Shown here: piece by piece, positions 1 through 13,775 of the stretch
How positions within the stretch are numbered: the first letter of the stretch is position 1
How the letters are laid out: the number at the start of each line of letters is the position of its first letter
Source of the DNA: Leucoraja ocellata
Lineage: Eukaryota
NCBI GenBank assembly: GCA_036785375.1
Contig: JAWMAR010000061.1
Span: forward strand, 3,162,001 to 3,226,000
Length of the DNA stretch: 64,000 nt
Direction: 5' to 3'
Program-made: the position numbers and the translations under genes
Notes under the pieces: generated by a model
Told to the model about the DNA's origin: nothing
What the model saw: the letters and a program-made list of their open reading frames with translations, nothing else
The model's database searches: none

Positions 1-863
1 TTGTGCAGTTTTAGCTCACTAAACCCCAACACAGCACATAGAGGTTTTGTCAAACTATACTTAGTGCTCTTGACTAAGAGTTCCCAAAGAGAGAGAGGGA
101 GAGAGCACGCATTGCAGGTAAACAAAACTGCATTGTGGATTCGTCATGTAGGCTTGTGTTAGACATTTGGTTGTGCAAAATAGGCATTTTGATTATTTGG
201 GTGTTGAATTTTCCATATTGTGACTTCAAAACAAATGAGCAATAAGTGGAATACTTTAATGAATGTTTTTTTTTAATTTTATGGTTATTCCAGTTTGAGC
301 ATTTTTGAACATACAATTCTTGATGTTTCTTTTTGCCCACTTGACCAAAGATTTAAAGATACTAAACTTTACAATAAAGGAATTTAGATGAGCAGTCTAA
401 ATCTTGATCAACGAGATGGCTTACATGACATTTATGGCTTCTACAATAAATGGAAATGTAATGCTTTCCTTGCAGCCATTTCAATTTTGAAACTTGCAAC
501 ATTGTCCCACCACGTAAAGAATAATTCTGTTCAGATATCAACATTATGAGTCCAATCAGCACCCAGTCTATACGATATGCACTTAGAAATGAATAAAGTT
601 TACATTAATTGAGGCCAATGTTTGAAGTGAGGTAATGCAGTCTAAACACTTTTAATCTTTGTTTCCTTTCAGCAACCGACCACACTCACTGCAAATGGAA
701 TCATGATTTGAAGTATGGCTGATGACCACAACTTAACTGCATCTGTTGTTCATGAACTGAAACTTCAGGGTTATTCAAGGCAAATTTAACATTCTCATAT
801 AATTGATGACACATTGTAATATGCTTGGATATTATACTGTTTTCCCATTTCTGGGTTGATTAA

Positions 864-1066
864 GTGTAGCAAAGAACTGCAGATGCTGGTTTAAATCAAA
901 TGTAGACACAAAATGCTGGAGTAACTCAGCGGAACAGGCAGCATCTCTGGAGAGGAATGGGTGACAGTTTGGGTGTGACTGAAGAAGGGTCTCGACCTCA
1001 AACGTCACCCATTCCTTCTCTCCAGAGATGCTGCCTGTCCCGCTGAGTTACTCCAGCATTTTGTGC
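864..1066. mobile_element. Palindromic Penelope-like (PLE) terminal-repeat insertion with degenerate hammerhead motif
   Basis: ~70-bp inverted arms (905-974 / 994-1065). CTGAAGA...CAAACGTC at 979-1006. Flanking direct repeat ctgg(g/a)ttgattaa at 851-863 and 1067-1079. Confidence 0.85.
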
Positions 1067-1412
1067 CTGGATTGATTAAAATGCTCAACTGGAATAAACA
1101 GCAGTCATAAAGAAAAAATGTACTGTACAAAGATTATTGATGCAGCAAACAATTAATGCCATAGCAACATAGCTAAAATATTAAGATCATACATTGGAGA
1201 CTAAAACCACAAGCACATCCTCAGAGCTGCAAGTTATTACAGCCAAATGCCATTACCATAACATGTTTCACACACCAATAATAGTTCTTCACAGATCCTC
1301 GTGGTTTAACTAATACAGAAAAAATCCTCTTCACACAGGTAAGTTCTACAATTATATTGCCCCATGGAACCACTCTTGGGTTTAAAACAGGCACAGGCAA
1401 AAACTTCAAATT

Positions 1413-1488
1413 AAAATGCTTATATATTTAAATATGCTTATATATTTATATAAGTATATATTTATATATGCTTATATATTTAAATATT
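1413..1488. repeat. AT-rich minisatellite (~18-bp unit atgcttatatatttaaat)
   Basis: Three to four imperfect tandem copies visible directly. Confidence 0.75.
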
Positions 1489-1824
1489 CTAAATTCATCA
1501 GACAGTTAATACTAACCATTTTCAGATTGGTTCTGTACTATAATTTTCATTCCTTCTTGCCGGACTCAAATCAATTACTTTAATTAACTTCATGTTGTCT
1601 GCCCACAGAAGGTTTCTTTGTGAGTGAATACAGGCGTTTCAGAAAGGAAGACGACTGCAAATCAGTCTAATCTTCCTCTCTCCGGATCATCAAGTACACT
1701 TTCCAAAATGTTCCATTGGTCACTTGATGGCAAATGAATACAAATATCCTGTCTGACGTTTGTTTCCCCCCCCCCCCCCCACTCCACCCCAATTTTCTAA
1801 TAACAATGAGACTCGTCTATTGTT

Positions 1825-1971
1825 TAAGAAAGAACTGCAGATGGTGGTAAAATCAAAGGTAGACACAAAATGATGGAGAAACTCAGCGGGCGAGGCAACA
1901 TCTATGGAGAGAAGGAATTGCCGACGTTTCAGGTCGAGACCCGAAACGTCGCCAATTCCTTCTCTCCACCA
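1825..1971. mobile_element. PLE terminal-repeat insertion, partly palindromic
   Basis: Same family motif (gaactgcagatg...gagaaactcagcggg...gacgtttcaggtcgagacccgaaacgtc). TSD agactc(g/a)tctattgtt at 1809-1824 and 1972-1987. Confidence 0.8.
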
Positions 1972-2984
1972 AGACTCATCTATTGTTCCAAATCAGGATC
2001 AGTGTGTTTGTAATAAACCATATATCAACCAGACTATCAATTAAATCTGTTTGACTCATTATGAGATCACAGGTTGCAATAAATCAAATAAATCTTCAAG
2101 AGCACTGTCCTACTTCAAAAAACATGTGAAGTTCAAAAAATCAATGCCACATGCTGATGAAAGAAATAGTTTCATGCTTTGAATTGAAAACCTTTATGTT
2201 TAAAGCACAAACAGTGAACATATATAACTGGGAGCCTCAACATATCTGATTGCAAAGTTAAACACCACTAGTCTTTAATGGAGACACAAGAGACTCCAAA
2301 CACTGCAATTTTGAGTAAAGAAAATACAAATGGCTGGAGGAACTCATTAGTTCAGGCTGAATCTGTGAAGTGAAATATTCCGATGATGTTTTAGGTTAGC
2401 ATCTTTTCACACTGATGGGAGTAGAGAGGAGATAGCTGGTTGAAAGAGTGAGGGAAAGGTATAGGGTAAGAGCTGGAAAGTGATAGTGTAGGAAGGAGCT
2501 ACAATCTGAAGAAGGGTCTCAACCCAAATTGTCACCCATTCCTTCTCTCCAGAGATGCTGCCTGTCCGGCTGAGTTACTCCAGCATTTTGTGTCTATCTT
2601 CACTGGGAAGTTACAGGTGAGTCCAGGTAAGGAGGACTATTGGCATAGGAGAGGAGTCAGGTGGGGAAAGGTAAATAAGGCTGGTGGTAAGTAGAGAAGA
2701 CAATAGGGTGCAAATCACTCGCTATAAGATCTTTGGTGCAAATGGCCACATCTGATAAGAGAGGAACGTGGGGAGTGAAATAGAGAGCTAAAGAGTGAGA
2801 TGATGGGAAGAAGGGAATGCCCTTCTTGGGGGTGGGGTGGTGAGTAAAATGAGGGAGCCAGATCAGGGAGAGCAGCTGATGAAAAGATGGAGATGGTAGG
2901 AAAGGGGGAAAACTGTAAAGTGTGGAAGTAAAACTAATGAAAAGGTTTTGATGAGGCCACATCTGGACCAGTGTGCAGAGCATA

Positions 2985-3400
2985 CATCCATTTACTTAAG
3001 GAAAGATGTTGATGCATTGGCAGCAATTTGGGGTGGAGGTTTCTGAAACTAATACCGAAACAAATGAGTTGAAGCATACAAAGGTCGATGTGGAGAGGAT
3101 GATTCCTAGTGTGCGATTCTAGAAACAGAAGTCACCTTTAAAATTATTGAATTGCCCATTTAATACAGACGAGGTTATTAATATATTCATCTCAGTGTTG
3201 AGTATCTATGGGACACTCTTTAAAGCGCGGTGGTGGAAGTATCTGTGAATATTCCAATGGTAGAGATAGATAGATTCTTGATATGCAAGTGGGTTAAAGG
3301 TTACCACGGGCAGAGTTAACGTTACAGTCATGTACAATCATGTTGAAGAGCAGAGCAGGACTGAGGAGTTGTGCTCCTTCTATAAGGACTCCTGCACATA
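2985..3400 (+). mobile_element. Degenerate CR1 LINE 3' fragment
   Basis: Decayed match to the CR1 3' text seen more intact at 20185-20660. Confidence 0.55.
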
Positions 3401-4175
3401 AAAAGAACATATGTTCTCCAAACAATGTTAAGCAAAACTGGCAATCAGTTGTAATCAAATGTATAATGTCATTTTCCTAGTTTTAATGGCTAGATTATCC
3501 AAAATGTGCCCAGTCATGTTCTAATTCAGAACACATTCCTTTCACCCATCAACCAAGTACCTGCTGTCCTAACAGGTGACAATTCTACTTTAAAATTTTC
3601 ACCATGGTTTAAAAATTCTTCATGGCCTCACTCTACAATCTCTGTGATCGCCTTCAACAATGTAGCTCTCCTGGCCTGTATGTGTTTACACTCCTTCAGT
3701 AGTCAGGGATCCAAGGTCAGGAATTCCCTCTCAACATGTTAAAATCCCAATTTGATCACGTTTTTGTTAACTTTCCCTATTGTGATCACATTATTAGGCA
3801 GCTTGGTTTTAAATGGAGTTTGCTCAGAATAATTTCAGCTATTATATAAATGCATTTTGCTGTGGTAATTACATTTTAATTATAAAAGATCCTCAAAAGA
3901 ATCATTATATAAACTGTATTGTAAAATAAAAATGCCTACAATTTAATTTTTTTTTTATTCTTTGGTTTTCTTGTATCAATAAAACAGTGTAGGCCACATT
4001 CCAATCCTAAGGTCGTTTAAATGTCAAAAACATTATTTTGTATGCATTTTGCAACTTTAATGGAAACCAGATTGAAGAACTCTTTTTCGCATCAACTACA
4101 GCAAGAGCTACATTCAAAAATTGCAGCATTGCTGAAATCATTTTATTTGGACTGAGGAACCTTGAATCATTTGCG

Positions 4176-4243
4176 TTGTAAAGCGCCTTGAGTATCTAGA
4201 AAGGCGCTATATAAATCCCATCCATTATTATTATTATTATTAT
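4176..4243 (+). mobile_element. L2-type LINE/SINE 3' tail
   Basis: gtaaagcgccttgag...gaaaggcgctatataaat stem-loop followed by (ATT)n. Confidence 0.7.
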
Positions 4244-4722
4244 TTTTCCATTATGCAAACTTATTTGTGCAAGAATATGAAATATTCTTTTTTTGCATTA
4301 AACCATTTTTCAAGCAAGCAACAATAAAGTGTGCAGCACAAAGAGTCCAGAACCTATTATTTTTTTACTTTCAAAACCTTCAATACATAACATGCTGAAC
4401 ACAAAGAATATAATGTTACCCAATTCTTTAAGACAGAATTAATAGTTGTGAAAATATGATTTGATTTTTAAAGGGATTTGGGCACAGCCAACAAGGACAG
4501 AAATTAATTCTCATCCGTAACCAAAGTTTCTCAGTTCAGTCATTGGAAAGTGCTGGATCAGGGCACAGGGCAGTGATGGTTTTAAGGTCATGCTTTTTCT
4601 GGCTCTTCAACAAAAAAAAATCAAACCACTTCTGAGATCACATCAAGTAATTGTGGCAAAATATAATGTACTTATGCAAATTGATGCAAATAAAAATCTC
4701 TGCCATTTTCAAATCAGAAGAA

Positions 4723-4820
4723 GGTAAACAAAATTACCGGAGAAACTCAGCGGGTGCAGCAGCATCTATGGAGCTAAGGAAATAGGCAACGTTTCGGGCC
4801 AAAACCCTTCTTCAGACAAG
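4723..4820 (-). mobile_element. PLE terminal repeat with intact hammerhead core
   Basis: Reverse complement reads CTGAAGA AGGGTTTTGGCCC GAAA CGTT (4788-4815). 12-bp TSD aaatcagaagaa on both sides. Confidence 0.8.
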
Positions 4821-5576
4821 AAATCAGAAGAATGCTGGCCGACTGAAAATATTGGCATATTCACCTTTTCCTTCTCTCCATAGATGCTGCCTCACCAGCC
4901 GAGTTTCTCCAGCTTTTTTTTGTCTACCTTGGAATTGCTAAGTCAGTTTTATACTGTTGCTGCTTTTCTAAATTTTGAGATGTTAGTGGATTTCAATGTC
5001 ATTTCCAAGGAAGTTATTTCACACTTTAATATTTCCCCCAAAACAAATCTTGCTCTTTTCCTTTCTAACAGCATCGTTATCTCAACAAGAGGCTTTTGTT
5101 CTGTAAAAGTCAAGGATTCCCACAGTTAAATTGATTTGTAGACGTAGTACAAGAAATTTCCATGCTCATTGTTCAGTCACCACTAACCATTTCTTAATCA
5201 TGCAATATGGTCAAGTGTGCAGATACTTTCATTTTTTAATATACAATGTTACTGGCTGCAAAAACAATCTGCACAATACAGAGAATGGAATAAAGGCTCC
5301 ACTTCCATATCTAGTCGGTCACATTTCATCGTTTACAATTACTACAAGGATTCAATTAAAGCTTCTCACTGCTTCACAAATGGTTCAAAATTATGTTCCT
5401 CTCAAGCAAACCTTATCTCTTTACATTGTCCTCTTCACTGGCACAATAAAATAAAAGTTGCAAACTAGAGGCCGAAAATCCAAGCATCTTTTATTAAATG
5501 CAAAAGACAAATGTTAAAATCTTCAACTGTGGATAAAGAATTTAAACACAACACCAAGAGCACATTATCTCGAACA

Positions 5577-6001
5577 AGGGGCTGTCTCACTGTGGCGACC
5601 ATGCTCGAGAGTAGTCCCCGCGTACTCGAGGCCTCAGCTAGGTTGCGGTGTATTTTTCTACATGCTGGAAAATGCCTGCGAGTAAAAAAGATCACCATGG
5701 GGAAAAAAAAAAAAGATTTTTTTTTACTCTTAGGTTTAGTCAAGGTAGGTCGTAGTAGTCGGCATGTTAGTCGTAGGTAATCGAGGGTAGTCGAAGGTAG
5801 TCGTAGATAGTCTTCAACATAGTTGAAGGGAGATCGAAGGAGGTCGTCTCCACTCTCACTATTCGGTGTCTAATTTACCCCGAAGCTAGTCGAACCTAGT
5901 CTTCAACATAGTCGGAGGAGGTCTTCAACATGACACTTTTTCCAAACTCTCCTAAACTGTTCCCAACTCGCCAATTAGGTGGCCGCAGTGGGACAGCCCC
6001 T
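5577..6001. mobile_element. PIF/Harbinger-like MITE
   Basis: TIRs AGGGGCTGTCTCACTGTGGCGACC / revcomp AGGGGCTGTCCCACTGCGGCCACC. 3-bp flanks aca/tca. Internal (gtagtc)-rich repeats. Confidence 0.8.
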
Positions 6002-6280
6002 TCACTTGCAGCCTTGTTTGTAGCTCTGCTAATCTGCCCAAATCATTTCCCCCTTCCTGTTGGATTTCAAACACTGGAAAATTCATTCTTTTGTTTATTA
6101 GTACGGGTCAAAAGGCAAAGTGGTGGTCAACACCTCCAGAAAAAAAGACAAGATCCAATCATAATTTTAAGTTAAAAAAGTAAATTTAACTGAAGAAAAT
6201 GCAAGTTCTATGCAATTTTCAATAAAATCAACAATTTAACACAGTCACAGAGCTGGAGCAGAACATTTGCAACTCTGTTA

Positions 6281-6500
6281 AGCCCCTGTCCCACTTGGCC
6301 GACCTATGCCGACATTTTCTTAGCAGGTTGAAAAAAATGCAGCGACCTACCCGAGGCCATGTGTACGCACAGACCACTCACGAGCATGAGGAAAAGTTAA
6401 CGAAGACCTCCAGGACCTCCTGGCGACCATGCTGCGAGTACGAGTCAAGGGCAAACTCAGCAGAGGTCGGCAATTAGTTCGTACAAGTGGAACAGGCCCT
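6281..6500. mobile_element. PIF/Harbinger-like MITE (second subfamily)
   Basis: TIRs AGCCCCTGTCCCACTTG / revcomp AGGGCCTGTTCCACTTG. TTA TSD at 6278-6280 and 6501-6503. Confidence 0.85.
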
Positions 6501-9500
6501 TTACACTGTTCTTGATGAACAGTGATGAATGTAGGTAGCTATAGGCCACTAGACACTTCAGCTTGCACTGCTTGTTGGCACCATATGGTGTAATCATAGC
6601 AATGACTTCAAGTAATGATCTTGAAAACAGTTAAGATACCATGCAAGAAAATTCACCTAAACATTTGTAATTTAGTCAGGTTGAAAGATGCTGCATTTCC
6701 AAATATATTTCCATAACCTGAAGGTCATTACTGATCATTGGCTCAAGTAGCTGGGGAATATTCAACAAACGATCCCCAGACATTATAACAATCTTGCATT
6801 CAGGAAATTATGTCTATATAAGAAACTGAACATTATAAGCTGTAGAACAGAAGGTAGAACCATATAAAATGTCAAATTATATTTATGACTTTATGACATT
6901 TTTTAAACTGCCAACTAAGGGAAGCATATTAATGTTATAAGTGTCACAATAAACTTTCCTTGTTGTGTATTGTGTTGAAAGAGTATCTGACATTGAAGTG
7001 AAGAGACAAGATATGGCTTCTCAATTAACATAGGGGTCATATTAGACGCATACATTCTAAACTTGTTCTAAACACTTGGGGAAACGGTGCGAGCTGGGGT
7101 TGGGTCGGCAGGTCGGTCAGCCCTGTCTGACATGTAATATAAGGGGGTCGTTAAAACAAGGGTTTACTGTATTGTCCTTTTAGAGAGAAGACAGTGAGGA
7201 GAGAAAATTGAGAGCAGAGTTGATTCTTTCACGACGGAGGAACACAACCGGAAAGAGCGATCGCCACTCGCAACGCCATCTGTGGCTGCTCAGGGAATTT
7301 CAACTGAGCTTTCGTAATTTTGTCTGGATTGTTAGGGTGGCGAACCATCAATTACCACAACGGTTACAACCTGCACCACATTTCAAAAAATTACAAAGAA
7401 TGGGATTTTTAGATTCTACAGTTACAGATTCTTGTAGTCCTTTTATTGTTTTATTTATCTTTGCTGTTTTTTTCCTTCTTCGACACTCGCTTGGGGTGAG
7501 GGATAATTTGCTTCCACTCCAGTTCTGTAATATCGGGCATGACCAATGAGGCCAATGTGGAATCCACAAACACCCATTGGTAAGACAGATGTCAATGCAT
7601 GCATAACCCCAATTAAAATGAAAAACACCAATATGAAGTCACTTCATTTTATTTTAATGAATCCATTTGTCTTGTATTGTGTATTTTTTCTAATGGCGAA
7701 ATATCTGCATTGGCTAAAAGGTGGAAAAGCAGCACTGTGTAATCAAAGCTAACAAAATAGGTTACAATTGGTCACAAAGCGACTCAACCAAAAACGTCGC
7801 CCATTCCTGTTCTCTAGAGATGCTGCCAGACCCGCTGAGTTACTCCAGCATTTTGTGTCTATCCTAGTTTACAATTGCTCATTGACTTAAAAAGCAACGC
7901 TGGTATCACGATTAATTTTCACTTTCAACACCAGGTGGCGCCGTACATGGCAGCCTCGCCGACAGCCTGCCTCGTCCCTTTCTTCCTTTGTTGTTTTTAA
8001 ATGATATTGATCATGATGCTTTGGTAACAAATTCTGATAACGCAACACTTTATTAAGTTAATCTGAGGGTCTTCGTATTTTACCCAAAAACCTGTGCAAC
8101 TGAAATTGCTCAAAACTGCAATATTTAATAAGAAATACCACAGCTGATTTTCAAACATTAAAAAAGGCGTAAACGCCTGAAATAGATGTGGAATTGCTTC
8201 ACAGGATAATATTTATTTTGTACACATAACAGACATATTGTTAACAAACCATTTTGAGGAACGGATCTTATTTGCATTTGCCAAATGCAATGCAAGCTCT
8301 GAACCAATTCCCAGTTCATGAATTGAAGGGTTTGGGGAATATCTGAATCTCCTGGTGGTTTTAATATAAGGATGCTGAAGGCAAAAAGTAGTTGGCAAAA
8401 ATATTATAGACCCATGAGGACTAGCCTCATATTAAAGCTGGTGCATTTTGTGGGTGTTTTTAGAGAGTTAGTACCTGTCCATTCATGGGCCATTGGTCAA
8501 CCAGTGCGCAGACCATACCTAGCAGCAGCCTGCTCATTGGTACATGTTAATTATATAGGTAGCAACAAACAACGTAGGACTCGAAATAGCTTATTAATAG
8601 AAATCTGCAAATGAAGGATATCAGCTGCTCCTTTCAAGTTCAAGGACAGATTTAAAAAAAATGGTGACAACCATGTCCAGTGATACAAAGCTGGAAAATA
8701 GAGTACAATAGGTTTCAGGGTACTGTCACCCCATTCCCAATGGCGATGATAACCAGCACTATCTCTGCATCAATTCTCACTGATTTTCCAACATTCTCTA
8801 TTGGAGAAGTATAGGTATTTAATAGCCAGCCATAATTATAAGTGTAATTTTGGAGTTATACAATTTCTGTTTCATCCAGAAATGTATGTAAATAATATTA
8901 TGTGCAAGTTAATGCTATCGATATTTATACAGTACTTCAGCAACAGTTGCTAAATATAAAAATGCATACCACAAATATTGTACTTTAGATCCATTGGACA
9001 TTTTATACTATTTGCCCGTCTGAAGGTTTAATTAAAAAGCGCATTCAATGACAAAAGACTTCAATCCACATCACATAGTCACATTCATAATTAATGTAAT
9101 GGACGCTAAAATTCAAAGGCCATGGAAATGATAAAAGAGAATTTTTGCCAACAACTGTTCAGCATCAAATTACTGGTGTCTAGACATATCAGAATGTACT
9201 TTAATACTTATTGCAATTTACATGCCTGCCTAAACAGTCTGATGGCCTGATGCCATTCAACAGCGATACCCGCTACCGATTCAACAGAAATGTTAGTAAC
9301 ACATTTATGCTTGCAGTACTAGCGACATCATATAATAGATTTCCAAGTTTGACAAGGTTTCTCTTTAATGACCTGAAGCCCAGAAGTTCAATGATCAGAG
9401 GATAATAATATTAAAGAGACAGGCTGGAGAATTAGCAAATAGGTAGCAAATCAGACTTAAAACGTTGAGAATTTCTAAATTTTAATAGAAAGAAAGAGAA

Positions 9501-9559
9501 GAGGGAACATAAACAAGATTGCACAATTTAAAAAAAGGTGCAACAACAAAGAGATTAAG

Positions 9560-9940
9560 GGATGGATGAGCAGGTTGAGACACTGGTAATGCATGTGGTA
9601 CTCCTGGGTTTTATAAATAGAATAAAACACAAGTGCAAAGAAGTCACAATGGACTTTTAAAAACACTGGGTCAGCCATATGTGAACTTGGCCGTATAACT
9701 GCCACATTTCTGGAAACTCTTTACTGAATAAACAGAGGAGATTTACTGAAATGATTCCAGGGCTAAGGGAATTTAGCTCTGTGGATAAACAGATTAATCT
9801 TGTATTGTTTTTCGTGGAAAGGAGGATTTCAAATGGATCTGGTAGTTATTTAAAATTATACAGGTACTGGAATGAATAGATTCAGGTAAACTGTTACCAT
9901 TGGTGAAAAGGCCAAGAGCAAGGGGGAAATAAAGATGGGA
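9560..9940 (+). mobile_element. Highly degenerate CR1 LINE fragment
   Basis: cagaggagatttactgaaatgattccaggg (QRRFTxMIPG) CR1 ORF2 C-terminal motif. Confidence 0.55.
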
Positions 9941-10074
9941 CAAGCTATAAATTGCACTTTTGTGATTTAGTTTCTGCTACATTGACAATTCACGTCAAGT
10001 TTCTACAAGGAAAAATATCCAAAAACAAGAAGCCAGAAGGCTTCCTTGAACTGGCGTAATATGATTATGAATAA

Positions 10075-10700
10075 TCTTTTCCTTCATGTCCACCTCTGGC
10101 CAAAAGACAAAAATCCATACATCTCAGCCTTTAATCTAACAAACGACTGAGCAACCAAAGGCCACAACTCCCAGTATGGACCAATAATGGAAGGCATCTC
10201 AAAGCACTCGAGAATACAAACAATATTCTCTCTACAAAGCCCTACAAATCCATTGGCTGGGAAGTGAAGCAATATCAGTGTTCTCTCCCAAGCCAACATC
10301 CGCCACACTAAGGCACAGTTGTTAAACAGCTCTGGCACACAAGCTATATTGTCTGCATGCTTGACATCATCCTTGTAAAACCAGTATTTTCAGCCAACCT
10401 TTGACACAACCAGGGAACTCCAGGAGGAAGAGGAAATGATTCAAGGATGTTCCCAAACTATTCTTGAAAATAATGCAACATCCTGAACACAAGGGAATCA
10501 AATGCTCAAAATAAAGGAAGAGCACCTGGAAAGTCACCATGCACCTCGAGTCTCCACAATAGAAGAAGTAATTTTCAAATTTACAGGGTTTATGAGCAAC
10601 AACAAACTACCTACCAACTTGCTCCACCAAGCTCCTGGCACATCACCGACAGATTCCACTTTAGAACCAGAGTTAGAACAAACGAACCTTGATCTTGAGG
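10075..10700 (+). mobile_element. Degenerate RTE-clade LINE ORF2 3' fragment
   Basis: Broken frames give WT...RHLKALE, SNISVLSQANI, IVCMLD, FKDVPK, resembling the RTE C-terminus. Confidence 0.65.
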
Positions 10701-11434
10701 AACAAGATACGTTTAGATTCATGAACGAGCACAAGAAGATCCTTCTGTATGATCACATATACTCGTTCTTCATTGTTTAAAGCAGTATTCCGATTGTCCG
10801 TTTTCCCATTTAAGACACAAATTTAAACTCCATCTACCCACCTCCCTCCTCATCTGTTATCTTTGTATATCTCATTTTACACTGGGATTTTCCCTCATTT
10901 TCCTACCTAGCTTTGTATCTCCGGCACATAGGGATACAGCGTACTGTCTCCCAATTTAGGAATACAGCATAGTCTCCCAATTAAAGTTATTTATATCAAT
11001 TAAAGTTGAAGCATACGACATATGCACATGACACTGCATTAATTAACAGTTTGCAAACATGAAAACAGTATGTTTATTCTTAGTTTGTTTTCTGGGTATA
11101 ACCATTCTGCTATAATCGACGCATTGATGAACCAGGATGGTGTGGACATGGAGAGGAGTGGTCTTCCCACATGTTGGGACTCTCACCCTCCATGATAGAG
11201 GGCACATATTGTGAATGCTTTGATACGATGCAAAATGTTAAAATGAAAGAAGAGAAAGATGAAAGAAGAGAAGATGAAAAAAGCAGACAAACACCAACAG
11301 ATAAATATCAAATGACAAACCTGGTACGAGAAAGCCTCTTTCAGTTTTATTTGCACCAAAGAAACAGACAGAAAGACTGAAAGATGGACATAAGTATGAT
11401 TCTTTTCCCTCTTATTCATCAGCATCCAATATGG

Positions 11435-12215
11435 AAAGCCAAAAATAGACAGATTGCTGGAACAACTCAGTAGGCCCAGCAGTATGTCTTCCAGAACAGA
11501 GGAGACGTTTCAATAGAAGGATCCCGACCCAAAACACCATCCATCCATGTCCTCCACAGATGCTCAGAAGTTCATAAGTCTTAGGAACAGAAGTAGACCA
11601 ATCGACCCATCGAGTCTACTCCGCCATTCAATCATGGCTAATCTATCTTTCCCTCTCGACCCCATTCTCCTGCCTTCTCCCATAACCCTTGACACACTTG
11701 CCAATCACGTATCTGTCGATCTCCGCCTCACAATACCCAATGACTTGGCCTCCACAGCTGTCTGTGGCAATGAATTCCTCAGATCAACCACTCTGACTAA
11801 AGAAATTCCTCCTCACCTCCTATCTTTTATTCTCTCCACATTTCCATCATCACTATCGTTTACCTACACACTAGGACAGTTTATGACAGCCAATTAACTT
11901 TCTCGCCCACAGATTCTGGGGGTGTCGGTGAAAAACAGAGGTTCAGGGGAAACATATGCAGTCATGGGGAGAACTTACAAACTCCTCACAGACTGTACCG
12001 AAGGCCAAGACTGAACCCGGCTTCACTGGTGCTGGGACACTCAGTTGCCAGGGTTTAGTAGCAAAATTGCCCCTAGCGTAACGTGGTATAGAGGATGGGG
12101 TGTAAATTGGGTAGAATGTGGTGAGAATAATAGGATTAGTGTAAATGGGTGCTTTGTAGCAGGCATGGACTTGATGGGCCAAAGGGCCTGCTTCGCTACA
12201 GCATCTCTCTATAAT
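11435..12215. mobile_element. Nested cluster: PLE terminal repeat, CR1 3' end (-), V-SINE fragments
   Basis: Each segment matches a family seen elsewhere in the window. Confidence 0.65.
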
Positions 12216-13052
12216 TCAACGACAAATAAATCTAGTGTATTTTTCAAACAGATGAAGAACAGGTGCAAGGGTAAAGATCTGCTATTTTATTGTTGAGTTG
12301 ATGTTTGGTTGCCTTCTTATTCCTATTCACTTGTGATTTGCATTTCAATGTGTTTCCTGCTGTTCATATCCTCGATTAGATTTGAAACATCTGGAAAACA
12401 TTTCCTTTATACTCCCAAACTTTGGCAACTACAATATAGTTTTTCCAGTTTTATGGAGCCCCAGGGTTTTGAAAGCCTTTACATCAACACAGGCATCCCT
12501 ATCTTTTTATATGATAAAAGAATACGGCAAGAACAAACAAAAATCGTTTAGGTTTATTTTTGTCACATGTGCTGAGGTACAGTGAAAAGCTTTGTTTTGC
12601 ATGCTATCCATACAGATCAGGTATACCACACATGCATACAATCAAGTCAAACTCAACTTGATCGAGCAAGAGGAAGATACGGAGTGCAGAATATAGTTCT
12701 CAGCATTGTAGTGCATCACATCCATAGTCAATGTGGAAGCTCCAATGTCAATTGTCCACCAGCATATATCATCCTCTCCACTTCTTAAATCAAAATCTGA
12801 CACTTTTTTTTTGGATTTGTTGCTCTGGTTAAGCATTTCCCTCCCTAGAATTCTGCCAAAATTTCTGTCAGCAGTTGAGCTGCTGAAGATAAAAATTCAT
12901 CTCGGTGGACTACTTTTCAAGCCACTGATGACTCGTTTCAACTACGCAATTAAGTTGGCAGTTATGTAGTGCACAATTTTAAAACATCATATAAGGAATG
13001 CCAGAGATCAAAGTAAGTTGTAAATGGTATGAATGAACAAGGTACTGTAGCT

Positions 13053-13269
13053 AAAGATAGACACAAAAATGTTGGAGTAACTCAGCGGGACAAGCAGCAT
13101 CTCTAGAGAGAGGGAATGGATGACATTTCGAGTCTCAGTCTGAAGAAGGGTCTCAACCCGAAACACCACCCATTTTTTTTCTCTCCAGAGATGCTGCCTG
13201 TCTCGCTGAGTTACTCCAGCATTTTGTGTCTATCTTTGGTGTTATCCAGCATCTGCAGTTCCTTCCTAC
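13053..13269. mobile_element. Palindromic PLE terminal-repeat insertion
   Basis: ~80-bp inverted arms. CTGAAGA AGGGTCTCAACCC GAAA at 13140-13163. 16-bp TSD acaaggta(ct/tg)gtagct at 13037-13052 and 13270-13285. Confidence 0.85.
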
Positions 13270-13639
13270 ACAAGGTATGGTAGCTTTTTGGTTGTGATGG
13301 AAGATGCTTATATTTAAATATGGCCTTGCCTACCTGCTGCTGCACACAAGAATGAAACCGTGGTTGACTTACTTAATAGGAAACTGAATAGCACAAGGAT
13401 TTCAAATATTCTAAAAGTGACACCAAGTACAACACTGAAAATTAAGCACAAAAGAGAAGAGACAATGATGATGATTTTTCATTCCAGGATTGTACTATCA
13501 TGTGCTTTCTAACATGGAAAAAGGTATTTGTTCAAAAACCACAAATTCACTTACATAGGTTTATCAATACATCAAGAATATTTGGCAGAACTATAGGAAG
13601 AGAAATGCTTTAACTTATATCAAATTAAATGTAAATAAG

Positions 13640-13775
13640 TTTAATGACAGGGATGTATGGGGGTAAAAAAAAGGCAGGAACCGGGTACTGAGTGTGGATG
13701 ATCAGCTATGATCACAATGAATGGCGGTGCTGGCTTGAAGGCCGAATGGTCTGCTCCTGCACCTATTGCCTATTG
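13640..13775 (+). mobile_element. CR1 3' end
   Basis: gatcagctatgatcacaatgaatggcggtgctggcttgaagg...ctcctgcacctattg. Confidence 0.75.

Noticed and set aside
1295-1338. Plus-strand exon-like segment (ttcttcacag...CAG|gtaagt; PRGLTNTEKILFTQ)
   Set aside because: No recognisable protein and no coherent plus-strand gene model; such matches are expected by chance in 64 kb.
5740-5935. Short spaced repeats resembling a CRISPR-like array
   Set aside because: Irregular microrepeats inside a Harbinger MITE in a vertebrate genome; no constant repeat-spacer period and no cas genes.
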